A DNA stretch of 50,396 bases. Origin: Bacteriovoracaceae bacterium UBA7695. Its GTDB lineage: Bacteria > Bdellovibrionota > Bacteriovoracia > Bacteriovoracales > Bacteriovoracaceae. Positions 10,046 through 19,702 of this stretch are shown one piece after another. The DNA lies in assembly GCA_002482685.1 (NCBI GenBank), contig DLGL01000106.1:1-50396 (forward strand), in the 5' to 3' direction. Every line of letters begins with the position of its first letter. Within the stretch, counting starts at the first letter, position 1. The notes beneath the pieces are model-generated. The model was not told the DNA's origin. It did not search any database and saw nothing but the letters and a program-made list of their open reading frames with translations. Both the position numbers and the translations under genes were made by a program.

Positions 10046-11574
10046 AGTGGAATATTCCCGTGTTTACGATCTGGACGAGCAACTTTTTTGTTCTCCAGAG
10101 CTTTTAAGTATTGGTAGAGACGCTGACGAGTGATTTCCGGATTGATAATTTCATCCAGGTATCCAAGCTCGGCTGCGCGGTAAGGATTAGCGAAGTTATT
10201 TTCGTAATACTCAACGTTCTTCGCTTTATTCTCAGGATCGTTTCTGAAAATAATATTTACAGCACCTTCAGCTCCCATTACGGCAATTTCTGCAGTCGGA
10301 TAAGCGAGGTTAATATCAGATCGGATGTGCTTCGATGCCATCACATCATAGGCACCACCGTAAGCCTTACGTGTAATGAGGGTAATAAGCGGAACGGTCG
10401 CTTCCGAGTATGCGTAAAGAAGTTTAGCGCCGTGACGTATAATCCCACCGTACTCCTGAACAGTTCCTGGTAAAAATCCCGGAACATCTACCAGAGTGAT
10501 AATTGGGATATTAAAAGCATCGCAGAAGCGAACAAAGCGCGCAGCTTTAACTGATGAATCAATATCTAAACACCCTGCTAAAAATGCCGGCTGATTAGCC
10601 ACTATCCCTACTTTGATTCCACCAACCGATGCAAAACCTGTGATGATATTTTTTGCAAAGTCAGCGTGCACTTCCAGAAAATGCTGATCATCAATCACTT
10701 CTAAAAGAAGCTCGTGCATGTCATAAGGCTTCTTCACAGAATCAGGAATAAAGGTCTTAAGCTTATTATTCTGGCGGTTCACTGAATCTGTTGTGAGCTT
10801 AGGTGTGTGCTTAGCTTTGTTACAAGCAGGAATAAATGAAAACAATTCTCTCACTCTTTCAAAACAATCATCCTCATCATCACAACGAAAGTGCGCAACA
10901 CCGGATTTTTCATTGTGAGTATGAGCTCCGCCTAAAGCGTCTTTTGTTACTTCTTCATGAGTTACTGTTTTAATAACATCAGGACCAGTTACAAACATGT
11001 ATGAGGTTTTATCCACCATGAAGATAAAATCAGTCATTGCAGGAGAATAAACGGCTCCCCCGGCACAGGGACCCATAATAAGAGAGATCTGTGGAATCAC
11101 TCCGGATGCTTGAACGTTACGGTAGAAAATTTCAGCGTACCCAGCGAGAGATTCAACCCCTTCCTGAATACGGGCCCCACCTGAGTCATTGAGGCCAATA
11201 ACTGGAATACGATTATCCAGAGCAAAGTCCATGACCTTACAAATCTTTTTAGCGTACGCCATACCAAGAGCACCGCCCCAGCAGGTGAAATCCTGTGAGA
11301 AAATAGCAACCTGTTGACCATTGATTGTACCAATCCCGGTAACAACACCATCACCTAAGTATCTGGTTTTTTCCATCCCGAATGATTCACATTTATGAAC
11401 GACAAATTTATCAAATTCAATGAATGAACCAGGATCGAGAAGTTTATTGATTCTTTCACGGGCCGTGTACTTACCTTGCTCATGCTGCTTTTTAATTCTC
11501 TCAACACCACCACCAATTTCCGCTTGTTGCGAAAGGGTAGCGAGCTGCTCTCTTTTTTGCTCGTTAGTTAGCAC
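10042..11574 (-). CDS. pccB: Acyl-CoA carboxylase carboxyltransferase (propionyl-CoA carboxylase beta-like)
   Basis: [42 protein letters not shown] and C-terminal RKHGNIPL. Likely GTG start at 11574 after AGGAGG. Confidence 0.92.
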   Translation of the reverse strand: MLTNEQKREQLATLSQQAEIGGGVERIKKQHEQGKYTARERINKLLDPGSFIEFDKFVVHKCESFGMEKTRYLGDGVVTGIGTINGQQVAIFSQDFTCWGGALGMAYAKKICKVMDFALDNRIPVIGLNDSGGARIQEGVESLAGYAEIFYRNVQASGVIPQISLIMGPCAGGAVYSPAMTDFIFMVDKTSYMFVTGPDVIKTVTHEEVTKDALGGAHTHNEKSGVAHFRCDDEDDCFERVRELFSFIPACNKAKHTPKLTTDSVNRQNNKLKTFIPDSVKKPYDMHELLLEVIDDQHFLEVHADFAKNIITGFASVGGIKVGIVANQPAFLAGCLDIDSSVKAARFVRFCDAFNIPIITLVDVPGFLPGTVQEYGGIIRHGAKLLYAYSEATVPLITLITRKAYGGAYDVMASKHIRSDINLAYPTAEIAVMGAEGAVNIIFRNDPENKAKNVEYYENNFANPYRAAELGYLDEIINPEITRQRLYQYLKALENKKVARPDRKHGNIPL

Positions 11575-11720
11575 GGGAATCCTCCTGAAAAAATATCCTA
11601 TATTTATACCCCTAGAGACTTTGTGGGTAAAGAATTGACTCGTGGCGCGCAAGCAAAAACTGCCCCTTTCATGCTTCGCCCCTATCTTGGAATAAAATGG
11701 TTTTTTAGCCAGGAGAAGAC

Positions 11721-12425
11721 ATGAAACTATTTTTACTAGCGTTTGTTCTTATTTCTCAATCCGCCCTCGCTTATGACGCTCTAGTATGGGGTGGTCCTGG
11801 AGCCTGTGAAGACGATTGTGTAACAGCCGCTGTCCACGTAACAAAAATGGCAGGGTTAAATCCGATGGTGGTGACGCCAGAAAACTTTGACCCCGCCCTC
11901 CTCGAATCGGCCAGGGTTTGGGTAACTCCCGGTGGAAAATCATCTAAAGTTTCTATCGCATTAGGCGCTGCCAACCGCGAAGCTATCCGCAGGTTTGTGT
12001 TCAACGGTGGTGGGTATGTAGGTTTTTGCGCAGGTGGATTTCTCACAACTCATAAGGTAGGAACCACAAAATATGCTGGACTTGGAATTGTAGACGGAAA
12101 ATCGGCACCATATAAAAAATCTCGTTCAGCTGTCTCCCTGCAAGCATTAATTACCCCTGCAGGAATCAAGTATCACTATTGGGAAGGTGGCCCTTACTTT
12201 TCATTTAATGCCGCTCAAGCACAAAGAATTAACATTACCTCAAGGTATAAAAAAACCTACCAAATCAACGGACTTGAAACAACTTACGGCTCTGGAAGAG
12301 TTTCCATTACAGGAACGCATCCTGAAGCACCACAATGGTGGTATGAGGACGAAAATATTTCTGATATAGATGGATCAGATAACGAGGAAGCTGCGGCCAT
12401 GATCAAATGGGCAGCAAAAAAATAA
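11721..12425 (+). CDS. Exported BPL_N-like (class I glutamine amidotransferase fold) protein
   Basis: Signal peptide ending ALA-Y, PGG motif, [11 protein letters not shown] nucleophile elbow and HPE motif. AGGAG RBS. Confidence 0.75.
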   Translation: MKLFLLAFVLISQSALAYDALVWGGPGACEDDCVTAAVHVTKMAGLNPMVVTPENFDPALLESARVWVTPGGKSSKVSIALGAANREAIRRFVFNGGGYVGFCAGGFLTTHKVGTTKYAGLGIVDGKSAPYKKSRSAVSLQALITPAGIKYHYWEGGPYFSFNAAQAQRINITSRYKKTYQINGLETTYGSGRVSITGTHPEAPQWWYEDENISDIDGSDNEEAAAMIKWAAKK

Positions 12426-12426
12426 T

Positions 12427-12981
12427 ATGTTAGCAGATAGTCTGAAAGAAGTTACCGCTGGTGTTCATTCTCAATTAGAAAAGAAGATGGACATCATGTC
12501 CCACCTGAACACTCGTAGTGACTATCTGGAGTTAGTAAAAAAATTTTATCAGTACTATTTGTCGGTCGAGCCTATACTTAAAAATTTTTCTCCCCGCCTC
12601 CCGATGGAAGGTCGGGAAAAACTGCCTCTCCTCACTAAAGATCTTTTAAATCTTGGTCTAAGTGGTGCTGACATCGAGGCTTTGACCAAAGCACCCATCC
12701 CAAGTCTACAATCACTCCCGGAAGCCATAGGAGCTTTGTATGTACTGGAGGGATCAACCCTGGGGGGCCAGGTCATTTCAAAACATCTCCAAAATAAATT
12801 ACAAATTACTCCTGATTCAGGTGGAGCTTTCTTCTGGGCCTACGGGAATAAAACTATGCCAATGTGGTTGTCTTTTAAGAACTTCTTAAACTCTGACGAC
12901 ACTGCAGGCCTGCAAGAAAATCCTAAGGTACTGGAATCCGCAAAAGAGACCTTTTTATCGATGGAAAAGTGGCTTTGTTAA
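12427..12981 (+). CDS. bphO: Biliverdin-producing heme oxygenase (BphO type)
   Basis: LKEVTAGVHSQLE (proximal His), ALYVLEGSTLGGQVI signature and W..F C-terminal motif. Adjacent to a bacteriophytochrome. Confidence 0.9.
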   Translation: MLADSLKEVTAGVHSQLEKKMDIMSHLNTRSDYLELVKKFYQYYLSVEPILKNFSPRLPMEGREKLPLLTKDLLNLGLSGADIEALTKAPIPSLQSLPEAIGALYVLEGSTLGGQVISKHLQNKLQITPDSGGAFFWAYGNKTMPMWLSFKNFLNSDDTAGLQENPKVLESAKETFLSMEKWLC

Positions 12982-13037
12982 CTTAACTTACTGAAAGTTT
13001 TCATCTATAAATTTCTCATAACTTTCAGGAGCTTTTC

Positions 13038-13397
13038 ATGTCCCATAAGATTCTTGTGATTGAAGACGATGAAGCCTCTCGTATGATGTACTCGGAAATT
13101 CTCTCAATGGAGGATTTTGAAGTTATCGAAGCCGAAGATGGTCACTCCGCTTTAAATTATCTTCACAATAATCCAAATCCTGATTTGATTCTTATGGATT
13201 TAACTTTTCCGAATATGACTCCAAAGGAATTTGTCACCGATTTGAAAGGTAATCCTCACACAAACTCTATTCCTTATATATTTATCTCAGGACAGGGAAC
13301 AATCAGGGAACAGGCCCAGGAACTTGAAGCAACAACCTATCTTAAAAAGCCTTTTGATCTGGATGATTTTGTAAGTCTCGTAAAAAAACACTCATGA
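13038..13397 (+). CDS. Single-domain response regulator (CheY-like)
   Basis: ILVIEDD, DLILMDLTFP (phospho-Asp), ISG and KKPF motifs. 119 aa, AGGAG RBS. Confidence 0.92.
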   Translation: MSHKILVIEDDEASRMMYSEILSMEDFEVIEAEDGHSALNYLHNNPNPDLILMDLTFPNMTPKEFVTDLKGNPHTNSIPYIFISGQGTIREQAQELEATTYLKKPFDLDDFVSLVKKHS

Positions 13398-14930
13398 TCT
13401 CATCTTTAATTTAGAACCCAGCTCCTGAATCAAACTATTATTTTTGATGAGGAGATCAAATATCAAATCACTAAAATTCTTAGCACCATCTATTTCATGT
13501 TTAAGCCATGGTTCAGATTTATTTTTAATAACTTCAGTCCAAGTTTCAAAAGATGCCCTTGGGTTAATAGGGCCCTGATAATTTCTCTGCTCGAAATTTT
13601 TTCTCGGATCACCACCCCAGTGAATTGTCTGAAGAATTTCTGGTCTAAAAAACACCAGCAGTGAATTATCAATTTCGTTAAGTCTTAAAGCAATGAGCCC
13701 ACTCGCCTGATCCTTAAGAAGATACCATTCTTTACCGTGCTCACTGAGAGCGTCCGTGACAAAAATTCTTTTATTCTGCCGGTCCATTATTTGGTTGAGT
13801 TCTTTGGCAAGGTTAAGAACATCCTCTGACAGAGGAGTTAATCCATAAGCATTTACTTTATCGTTTGAAACTACCGCAAACCCAAGGGTATGAAATATCT
13901 GATTAACCTCAGATCCTAGCTTAAATAACTCACTATAGGGATTGAGTGAATCTTTAAGTTTAACAAAAAAATCTTGAAAGCGCTTATTGAAGCTAATAAT
14001 TGATTCCTGACGAAGCCCCTTCTCAATTAGGGGAGCACTGAGCGCCAGACAATTTGAAATCGTTTCACAGTGCGATCGATTTTTATGGCTTATAAAAACA
14101 GGATCCGGACTGTGACAAGCTATTAGGCCCCACAGTTCTCCTTCAACTTTTATCGCCACAGAAAATGACCCCCGCACTCCCATATTTTTTAAATATTCCA
14201 AGTGAATCTCAGATACACCTCTTAATCTGGAATTGGATAAATCAAGATTTGTTTGTTTATTAAATCCTGAAAGGATGGGTGAATTTTCAGTTGTTATGTC
14301 ATTTATAAGTCGGACCTGATTTTTCAGGTACAAATCTCTAGCTGGCCTTGGGATATCAGACGCTGGAAAACGGTGTCCTGCAAATGAATGAGATCCTGAT
14401 GTTCTATCCTCAGCAATCACTTCACCATACATGTCCGGTGGAAAAAATCTGTAGAGCATAACTCTGGACATACCTGTCAATGTACGAATGGCCCTACATG
14501 CAAAAAGACTTAACTCAGCGACATCCTTCGCCACTTTCATTGATTCAAGAAAATTGTTTATGATGATACCGGAATCAATCTTAGATGAGTCCTCTACTAT
14601 CTTCTCAATTTCGATTCCGATTAAGGTTTCATCAATTTTATAAAGATAGACGTCGAGGTTTTGCCACACGAATGAAACTGGGTGGACTATATGATTTAAG
14701 ACTTTCTGTTGAATTATTTTAAATAGCTCATGAGGCAAGAGTAGATTTAACTTTTCCCCTACTTTCATCTTTGACGGCTCTGGCATGTCAAAAAAGCTGG
14801 TTGCATTCTCACTGATAAAAAGTATTTTCAGGTCTGCTTTTGATACAGCTGTGAATATTCCATGTCCTTGAATCGAATGGATGAGATGAATTTGTTCCTT
14901 GTCGCACGAGGTGAGATCTACAGACTTCAT
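13392..14930 (-). CDS. bphP: Bacteriophytochrome photosensory core only (PAS-GAF-PHY), no output domain
   Basis: LTSCDKEQIHLIHSIQGHG (biliverdin-binding Cys), RVMLYRF, GHRFPASDIP, SEIHLEYLKNMGV, LWGLIACH and PHY tongue WGGDP...PRASF. Stop at 512 aa, right after the PHY helix. Confidence 0.93.
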   Translation of the reverse strand: MKSVDLTSCDKEQIHLIHSIQGHGIFTAVSKADLKILFISENATSFFDMPEPSKMKVGEKLNLLLPHELFKIIQQKVLNHIVHPVSFVWQNLDVYLYKIDETLIGIEIEKIVEDSSKIDSGIIINNFLESMKVAKDVAELSLFACRAIRTLTGMSRVMLYRFFPPDMYGEVIAEDRTSGSHSFAGHRFPASDIPRPARDLYLKNQVRLINDITTENSPILSGFNKQTNLDLSNSRLRGVSEIHLEYLKNMGVRGSFSVAIKVEGELWGLIACHSPDPVFISHKNRSHCETISNCLALSAPLIEKGLRQESIISFNKRFQDFFVKLKDSLNPYSELFKLGSEVNQIFHTLGFAVVSNDKVNAYGLTPLSEDVLNLAKELNQIMDRQNKRIFVTDALSEHGKEWYLLKDQASGLIALRLNEIDNSLLVFFRPEILQTIHWGGDPRKNFEQRNYQGPINPRASFETWTEVIKNKSEPWLKHEIDGAKNFSDLIFDLLIKNNSLIQELGSKLKMRS

Positions 14931-17900
14931 TTTTTAATCCATTTGTTAATTAACTGATGAAGTATGTTCATCTGAACAGGTTTAGTCGCATAATCATTCA
15001 TACCAGAATCCAGGCATCTTTCCCGGTCTCCAGGCATTGCGTTAGCGGTTAAAGCGATGATCGGTAATTTTTTGTAGGACTCGCCCAGGCTTCTAATCTT
15101 TTGAGTCGTCTGAAGACCATCCATAACTGGCATTTGCATATCCATTAAAACCACGTCTAGATTTTCATTCATAACCGTCTCTAAAGCGTCATGCCCACTT
15201 CCGGCCACAGACACAGTCGCTCCGGCCTCTTTGAGCATGAGTTCCAGGACCTTAAGACTTTCACTACTATCATCTACGGCGAGGATTTTTATCCCTCTTA
15301 AATCAAATTTTGTATGACCTAACTCAAGATCATGTTCGAGCTTAGTTGTTTTCTGCAAATTGACCTGGAACCAAAAAGTACTTCCTTCGCCTTTTTTACT
15401 CTCAAAACCAATGGTCCCGTTCATGAGTTCTACCAGCTGTTTTGAGATAGAAAGTCCCAATCCTGTACCACCAAACTTTCTGGCACTGCCCGAATCGGCC
15501 TGTGAGAAACGTTTAAAAATTTTACTAAAAGCTTCTTCCTCAATGCCAATTCCTGAATCTTTAACTTCGAAATAGATCGGAGAAGGGGCAGATGAGACTT
15601 GTGAGAAAACCTGAACACGCAAGTTGACTGTGCCATTTTCGGTGAATTTAATAGCGTTTCCGATTAGATTAATAAGAATCTGCTTTATGCGTACCTGATC
15701 GCCCAATAAAATCAAGTCCGTATTGAAATCTTCTTCAACTGATAGTTTAATTTTTTTCTCTAACGCCAGAGTCTCAAAAGTTTGAATTACATCATGAATC
15801 ATTAAAGACAGTGAAAATGGCTTCATATCAAAATGAATTTTACCCGCCTCTATTCTCGAAAGATCCAGCACATCTTCAATCAAGGAAAGAAGAACTTTAC
15901 TAGAACGGGAAATACTCTCAACTAATTTCAACTGTTGTGGTGGAATTTTTGAGCGACTTAAGAGTTGAGACATACCCATAATGACGTTAAGAGGCGTCCT
16001 CAACTCATGACTCATAGACGCCAAAAAATCACTCTTTGCTCTGTTGGCAGATTCTGCATTATGTTTTTCATCCCTGAGAGCGAGCTCAGTTCTCTTGAGT
16101 TTAGATATATCCTTACTTATGGTAACTACACGTATGACGTTCTGGTCATCATCTAAAATAGGAACCATTGTATTGGAGAGATACCTTGATCCTGACGGTC
16201 CAGGAACCTCTTCTTCAAACATCACAATCGACTTCGTTTTTAAACATCTTTCGTAGTTTTTTAAAACTTCGGTGTGGTTTGTCGGATCTACCAGATCCTT
16301 GAGACTCATTCCAAGAAAATGATTTGGGGAAAGATTTTTTTTACTGGTACTTTGATTAAAAGATTCGAGGTATAATTCTCCGTCTTTTAGTTTATAAACT
16401 GAGAGGTAGTCTGAAGTATGCTCAAGAACCTGAGCAAAAATAGTCTCTTTCTCAAGTAGCTCTACAGTTTTATTATGGATCTCTGTTGTATCAAACCCTA
16501 CCGACTGATACTCAGTAATCTTTTGATTATCATCATAGAGGGCACGGTGAATCCATCTCACCCATCTGACAGGGGCCGGGGAGTGATTTTTTACTCTATG
16601 TTCATACTGAACAATAGGAGACTCCGGGTTTAGTTTTGAAATTTCAAACGAAACTTTTTTCTTATCAACATCATCAACGATAGAGAGGAAAGTAAGACTC
16701 TTGTTACTGAGATCAGTTCCACCGAAATAGTTGCAAAATGCTTTGTTAGTAAATGTAAAATACCCGTCACTGGTATGTCTGGAAACAAAGACGGCTTGAT
16801 CTTCAATAATGGCCTTATAGCGGCTCTCGCTGGTTGCGAGCTCTTTTTGCATCATTACTTGTGACGTGACATCAATCCCAACTGTTCCAACTGCATAAGG
16901 ATTTTTCTCGTTTGAGCCGTATAATGGAAACCGGTTCATAAATAAAGAAATAGTTTTTCCATTAAGAATAATTTCTTCCTGTCGCTCAGAAGGTTTTCTC
17001 TTGAAAAGGACTTCCAGATCACCTTCACGGAAGAAATTTGCAACATCGTCCGGTAGGATATCGCGATCAGTTTTTCCCACAATATCTTTCTCAACCAGAC
17101 CAAACATCTCTTCAAAAGATTTATTAGCAGACAAGTAGCGTCCTTGGGCATCTTTTAAAAAAATCAAAGCGGGTGTGCCATCTATTATTGAACGGATTCT
17201 CTTGTCACTGGAAATGAGTCGCTCTTGAGCTGTCAGGATCTCCGTATTATCAAAGAATATAACAATGGCCCCAACAATATGATTATTCTCATCTCTGTTT
17301 GGATGGATACGAATTTGGTAAAAGCGCTGAGAGGTTTCACATTTTAATTCACTGACTTTGCCCGTCTCAATGGTATGTTTTATAAATTTTTCGAAATCTA
17401 TGATTTCGCAGTGGCAAGATGCCTTCGCAATATGACTTCCTAAATCAGCAAAAGTCAGATGAAAGATTTGAGATGTCTGCTCGTTGTATCGCAACAATCG
17501 AGCGTTACGATCCACCACTAACATCGGTGATGCCATGCTGGATAAAATATTCTCGAGGCTGGCATGAGCAACTCGAAGTTCCCCCGATTTTACGTTCAAC
17601 TCTTCATTTAGCGTTGTAAGTTCTTCATTAGTACTTTGCATCTCTTCATTGGTGGTTTCAAGCTCCTCGTTAGATGCTTGAAGCTCTTCATTTGTAGAAG
17701 ACAATTCTTCATTGAGAGATTGCAGTTCCTCATTAGATATCTCTAACTCCTCTATGACCGTTTGCAAGTTTTCTTTAGTGCCGGCCAACTCCTGTTCCAG
17801 TTCCAAAACTCTCTTTGGGATGTCCCCTAAATTCATTTCTTTATGGTCAGCCTCTTGCTCTATTTTTTTCATTTCAAAAGACACAAGAAACAAATCCCGC

Positions 17901-19702
17901 TGACCCTCTAATGAATTTTCAAGTTTCTGTATAGAAAATCCAAAACTTCGTTTGGGAAACTTTTCAAGTCTATATTGACGACTTTTGGCCACCTTGCCTT
18001 CTTTACTTGTTTTTTTCAGAAGCACACTAAATTCAGTCGCGGAATTCCGTGGAAGTAAATTCGAGAGACGAAAATCGGCGTGCCCAACCGGATGACTTAT
18101 AAAGTCTGAAACCGATCCGATAAAATGAACAATTACCCCATCATCATCTACAACAACTGCAGAGAGATTAAACTGCTTTAAAAGTTGTGCCGTTGCATTG
18201 AGAGCAATATTGGAGTCCACCAGTGCTTTTTGCTTCTGAGCTGATATACCAGGTGTATTCAGTGTGTAACGATGCGAAGGCTGGCCACTAAGATTGGTGA
18301 TTGCATGTAATTTCTTATAGATTTTGTGCTTCCGGTCCACTGATTCAAAAAGGTTCCCATTGGCCGTTTCAGATTTTCCTAAGAACAAATATCCATTCGT
18401 TTTAAGCGCATAATGAAAAATATCGAATACCCGGTTTTGTAATGGAGTTTCAAAATAGATGAGTACATTCCGGCAAGTGATCATATCTAGTTTTACAAAA
18501 GGAGGATTCTGGATCAAATCCTGTTTTGCAAAAACAATCATTTCTCTGATGTTTTTTTTCACCTCAAAATGATTTTCTTTTCTTTCAAAATATTTTTCTA
18601 AATAGTGATTGGGTATTCCTGCGACATCATCAATTTTATAAAGAGCAATCCTGGACTGGCCCAAGGCGTCCTGGTCCAGATCAGTTGCGAATATCTTCAC
18701 CGGCAGTGACTTAGAATGTTTACTTAAAATTTCATTAACCATAAAAGCAATAGAATACGGCTCTTCACCAGTTGCACAACCTGCAGACCAGATTCTTAAC
18801 TCTTCATCCGATTTCTTTTTAGAGATAATTTCTTCTAAATGAGTTCCCATGGTTTCAAAAGATTCAGTGTCTCTAAAAAATGAGGTCACACTAACGAGCA
18901 TCTCTTGAGATAACTGAGAAAATTCACCGGGATTTTTTTCAAGATAATGGTAATAATCTTTAACTGTAGCTTGACCAAGTCGAGCCATTCTCTTTTCTAT
19001 ACGTCTCTGAATGGTGGACATCTTGTATTGAGAAAAATCAGCGCCTATCTCTTTTTTTAGAAACAAAACAACCTTGCTGAAATCTATCTCTTCATGAGAA
19101 TCGATCTTCTCAGAATTATTTTCTCTTTTCTCCAGAATTTGGAATAATTTTTTACCTAAATCCTCGGACGACATAATTGCATCCACCATCCCTGTCTCAA
19201 TTGAGGTCTTAGGCATCCCATCATACTTAGCACTTTCCTGGCTTTGCACAAGAGTAACACCACCGTTCTCTTTGATGGCCCTGATCCCCTCGGCCCCATC
19301 AGAGCCCGTCCCTGAAAGTATGATTCCTACCGATCTTCTATTGAAAGCCTTTGCTAAGGATTGAAAGAAATAATCCACCGAAGGTTTAGGCCGCGTCTCC
19401 ACCCCGGCCTGAGTCAGAGATAATTCTCCGTTCTCAATTGAAACATCATGATTGGGGGGAACAATATATATGTGTCCAGCCTCAATGACTTGACTATCTT
19501 TTACCGCAATAACTGGAAGAGTGGTTTGTCTGGCAATCAGTTCAACCATCATACTTTTTGCATGAGGTGCCAGATGCTGGGCAACGATAAAAGCAGCATG
19601 TGGATGAGGTTCTACTTCTCTAAAAAATGCACTTAAGGCCTCAAGGCCTCCCGCTGAAGCGCCTACACCAATGACCCAAAATTCTTTCTGTTGAGTAGCC
19701 AT
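14927..19702 (-). CDS. CheB-CheR fusion hybrid histidine kinase (CheB methylesterase, CheR methyltransferase, coiled coil, multiple PAS, HisKA, HATPase, REC)
   Basis: CheB triad motifs GASAGG/QHL/GSDG. CheR motifs SAGCATGEEPYS, ATDLD and CRNVLIYF. NEEL heptads. H-box MSHELRTPL, NLIGNAIKFT, DSGIG, GGTGLGL. REC motifs VDD..DMQMP..KP. Confidence 0.93.
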   Translation of the reverse strand: MATQQKEFWVIGVGASAGGLEALSAFFREVEPHPHAAFIVAQHLAPHAKSMMVELIARQTTLPVIAVKDSQVIEAGHIYIVPPNHDVSIENGELSLTQAGVETRPKPSVDYFFQSLAKAFNRRSVGIILSGTGSDGAEGIRAIKENGGVTLVQSQESAKYDGMPKTSIETGMVDAIMSSEDLGKKLFQILEKRENNSEKIDSHEEIDFSKVVLFLKKEIGADFSQYKMSTIQRRIEKRMARLGQATVKDYYHYLEKNPGEFSQLSQEMLVSVTSFFRDTESFETMGTHLEEIISKKKSDEELRIWSAGCATGEEPYSIAFMVNEILSKHSKSLPVKIFATDLDQDALGQSRIALYKIDDVAGIPNHYLEKYFERKENHFEVKKNIREMIVFAKQDLIQNPPFVKLDMITCRNVLIYFETPLQNRVFDIFHYALKTNGYLFLGKSETANGNLFESVDRKHKIYKKLHAITNLSGQPSHRYTLNTPGISAQKQKALVDSNIALNATAQLLKQFNLSAVVVDDDGVIVHFIGSVSDFISHPVGHADFRLSNLLPRNSATEFSVLLKKTSKEGKVAKSRQYRLEKFPKRSFGFSIQKLENSLEGQRDLFLVSFEMKKIEQEADHKEMNLGDIPKRVLELEQELAGTKENLQTVIEELEISNEELQSLNEELSSTNEELQASNEELETTNEEMQSTNEELTTLNEELNVKSGELRVAHASLENILSSMASPMLVVDRNARLLRYNEQTSQIFHLTFADLGSHIAKASCHCEIIDFEKFIKHTIETGKVSELKCETSQRFYQIRIHPNRDENNHIVGAIVIFFDNTEILTAQERLISSDKRIRSIIDGTPALIFLKDAQGRYLSANKSFEEMFGLVEKDIVGKTDRDILPDDVANFFREGDLEVLFKRKPSERQEEIILNGKTISLFMNRFPLYGSNEKNPYAVGTVGIDVTSQVMMQKELATSESRYKAIIEDQAVFVSRHTSDGYFTFTNKAFCNYFGGTDLSNKSLTFLSIVDDVDKKKVSFEISKLNPESPIVQYEHRVKNHSPAPVRWVRWIHRALYDDNQKITEYQSVGFDTTEIHNKTVELLEKETIFAQVLEHTSDYLSVYKLKDGELYLESFNQSTSKKNLSPNHFLGMSLKDLVDPTNHTEVLKNYERCLKTKSIVMFEEEVPGPSGSRYLSNTMVPILDDDQNVIRVVTISKDISKLKRTELALRDEKHNAESANRAKSDFLASMSHELRTPLNVIMGMSQLLSRSKIPPQQLKLVESISRSSKVLLSLIEDVLDLSRIEAGKIHFDMKPFSLSLMIHDVIQTFETLALEKKIKLSVEEDFNTDLILLGDQVRIKQILINLIGNAIKFTENGTVNLRVQVFSQVSSAPSPIYFEVKDSGIGIEEEAFSKIFKRFSQADSGSARKFGGTGLGLSISKQLVELMNGTIGFESKKGEGSTFWFQVNLQKTTKLEHDLELGHTKFDLRGIKILAVDDSSESLKVLELMLKEAGATVSVAGSGHDALETVMNENLDVVLMDMQMPVMDGLQTTQKIRSLGESYKKLPIIALTANAMPGDRERCLDSGMNDYATKPVQMNILHQLINKWIKK
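17597..17750 (-). repeat. Seven NEE[LM] heptad repeats (coiled coil) within the CheB-CheR kinase
   Basis: EISNEEL-QSLNEEL-SSTNEEL-QASNEEL-ETTNEEM-QSTNEEL-TTLNEEL read directly from the translation. Confidence 0.9.

Noticed and set aside
11575-11652. N-terminal extension of the carboxyltransferase in the ORF track
   Set aside because: AGGAGG sits just upstream of GTG 11574, which gives a normal ~510-aa PccB.
12991-13028. Inverted repeat CTGAAAGTT..AACTTTCAG touching the REC gene RBS
   Set aside because: AT-rich 9-bp arms with a 20-nt loop; too weak to call a regulatory element without conservation data.
14927-14930. Idea that the phytochrome and hybrid kinase are one frameshifted gene
   Set aside because: The kinase is upstream and ends in a complete REC domain, and the phytochrome has a normal N-terminus. 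A fused output would lie C-terminal to PHY. The ATGA overlap indicates ordinary coupling.
17597-17750. 21-nt periodicity as a possible CRISPR array or VNTR
   Set aside because: The repeats are degenerate at DNA level, have no spacers and are explained by in-frame coiled-coil heptads.
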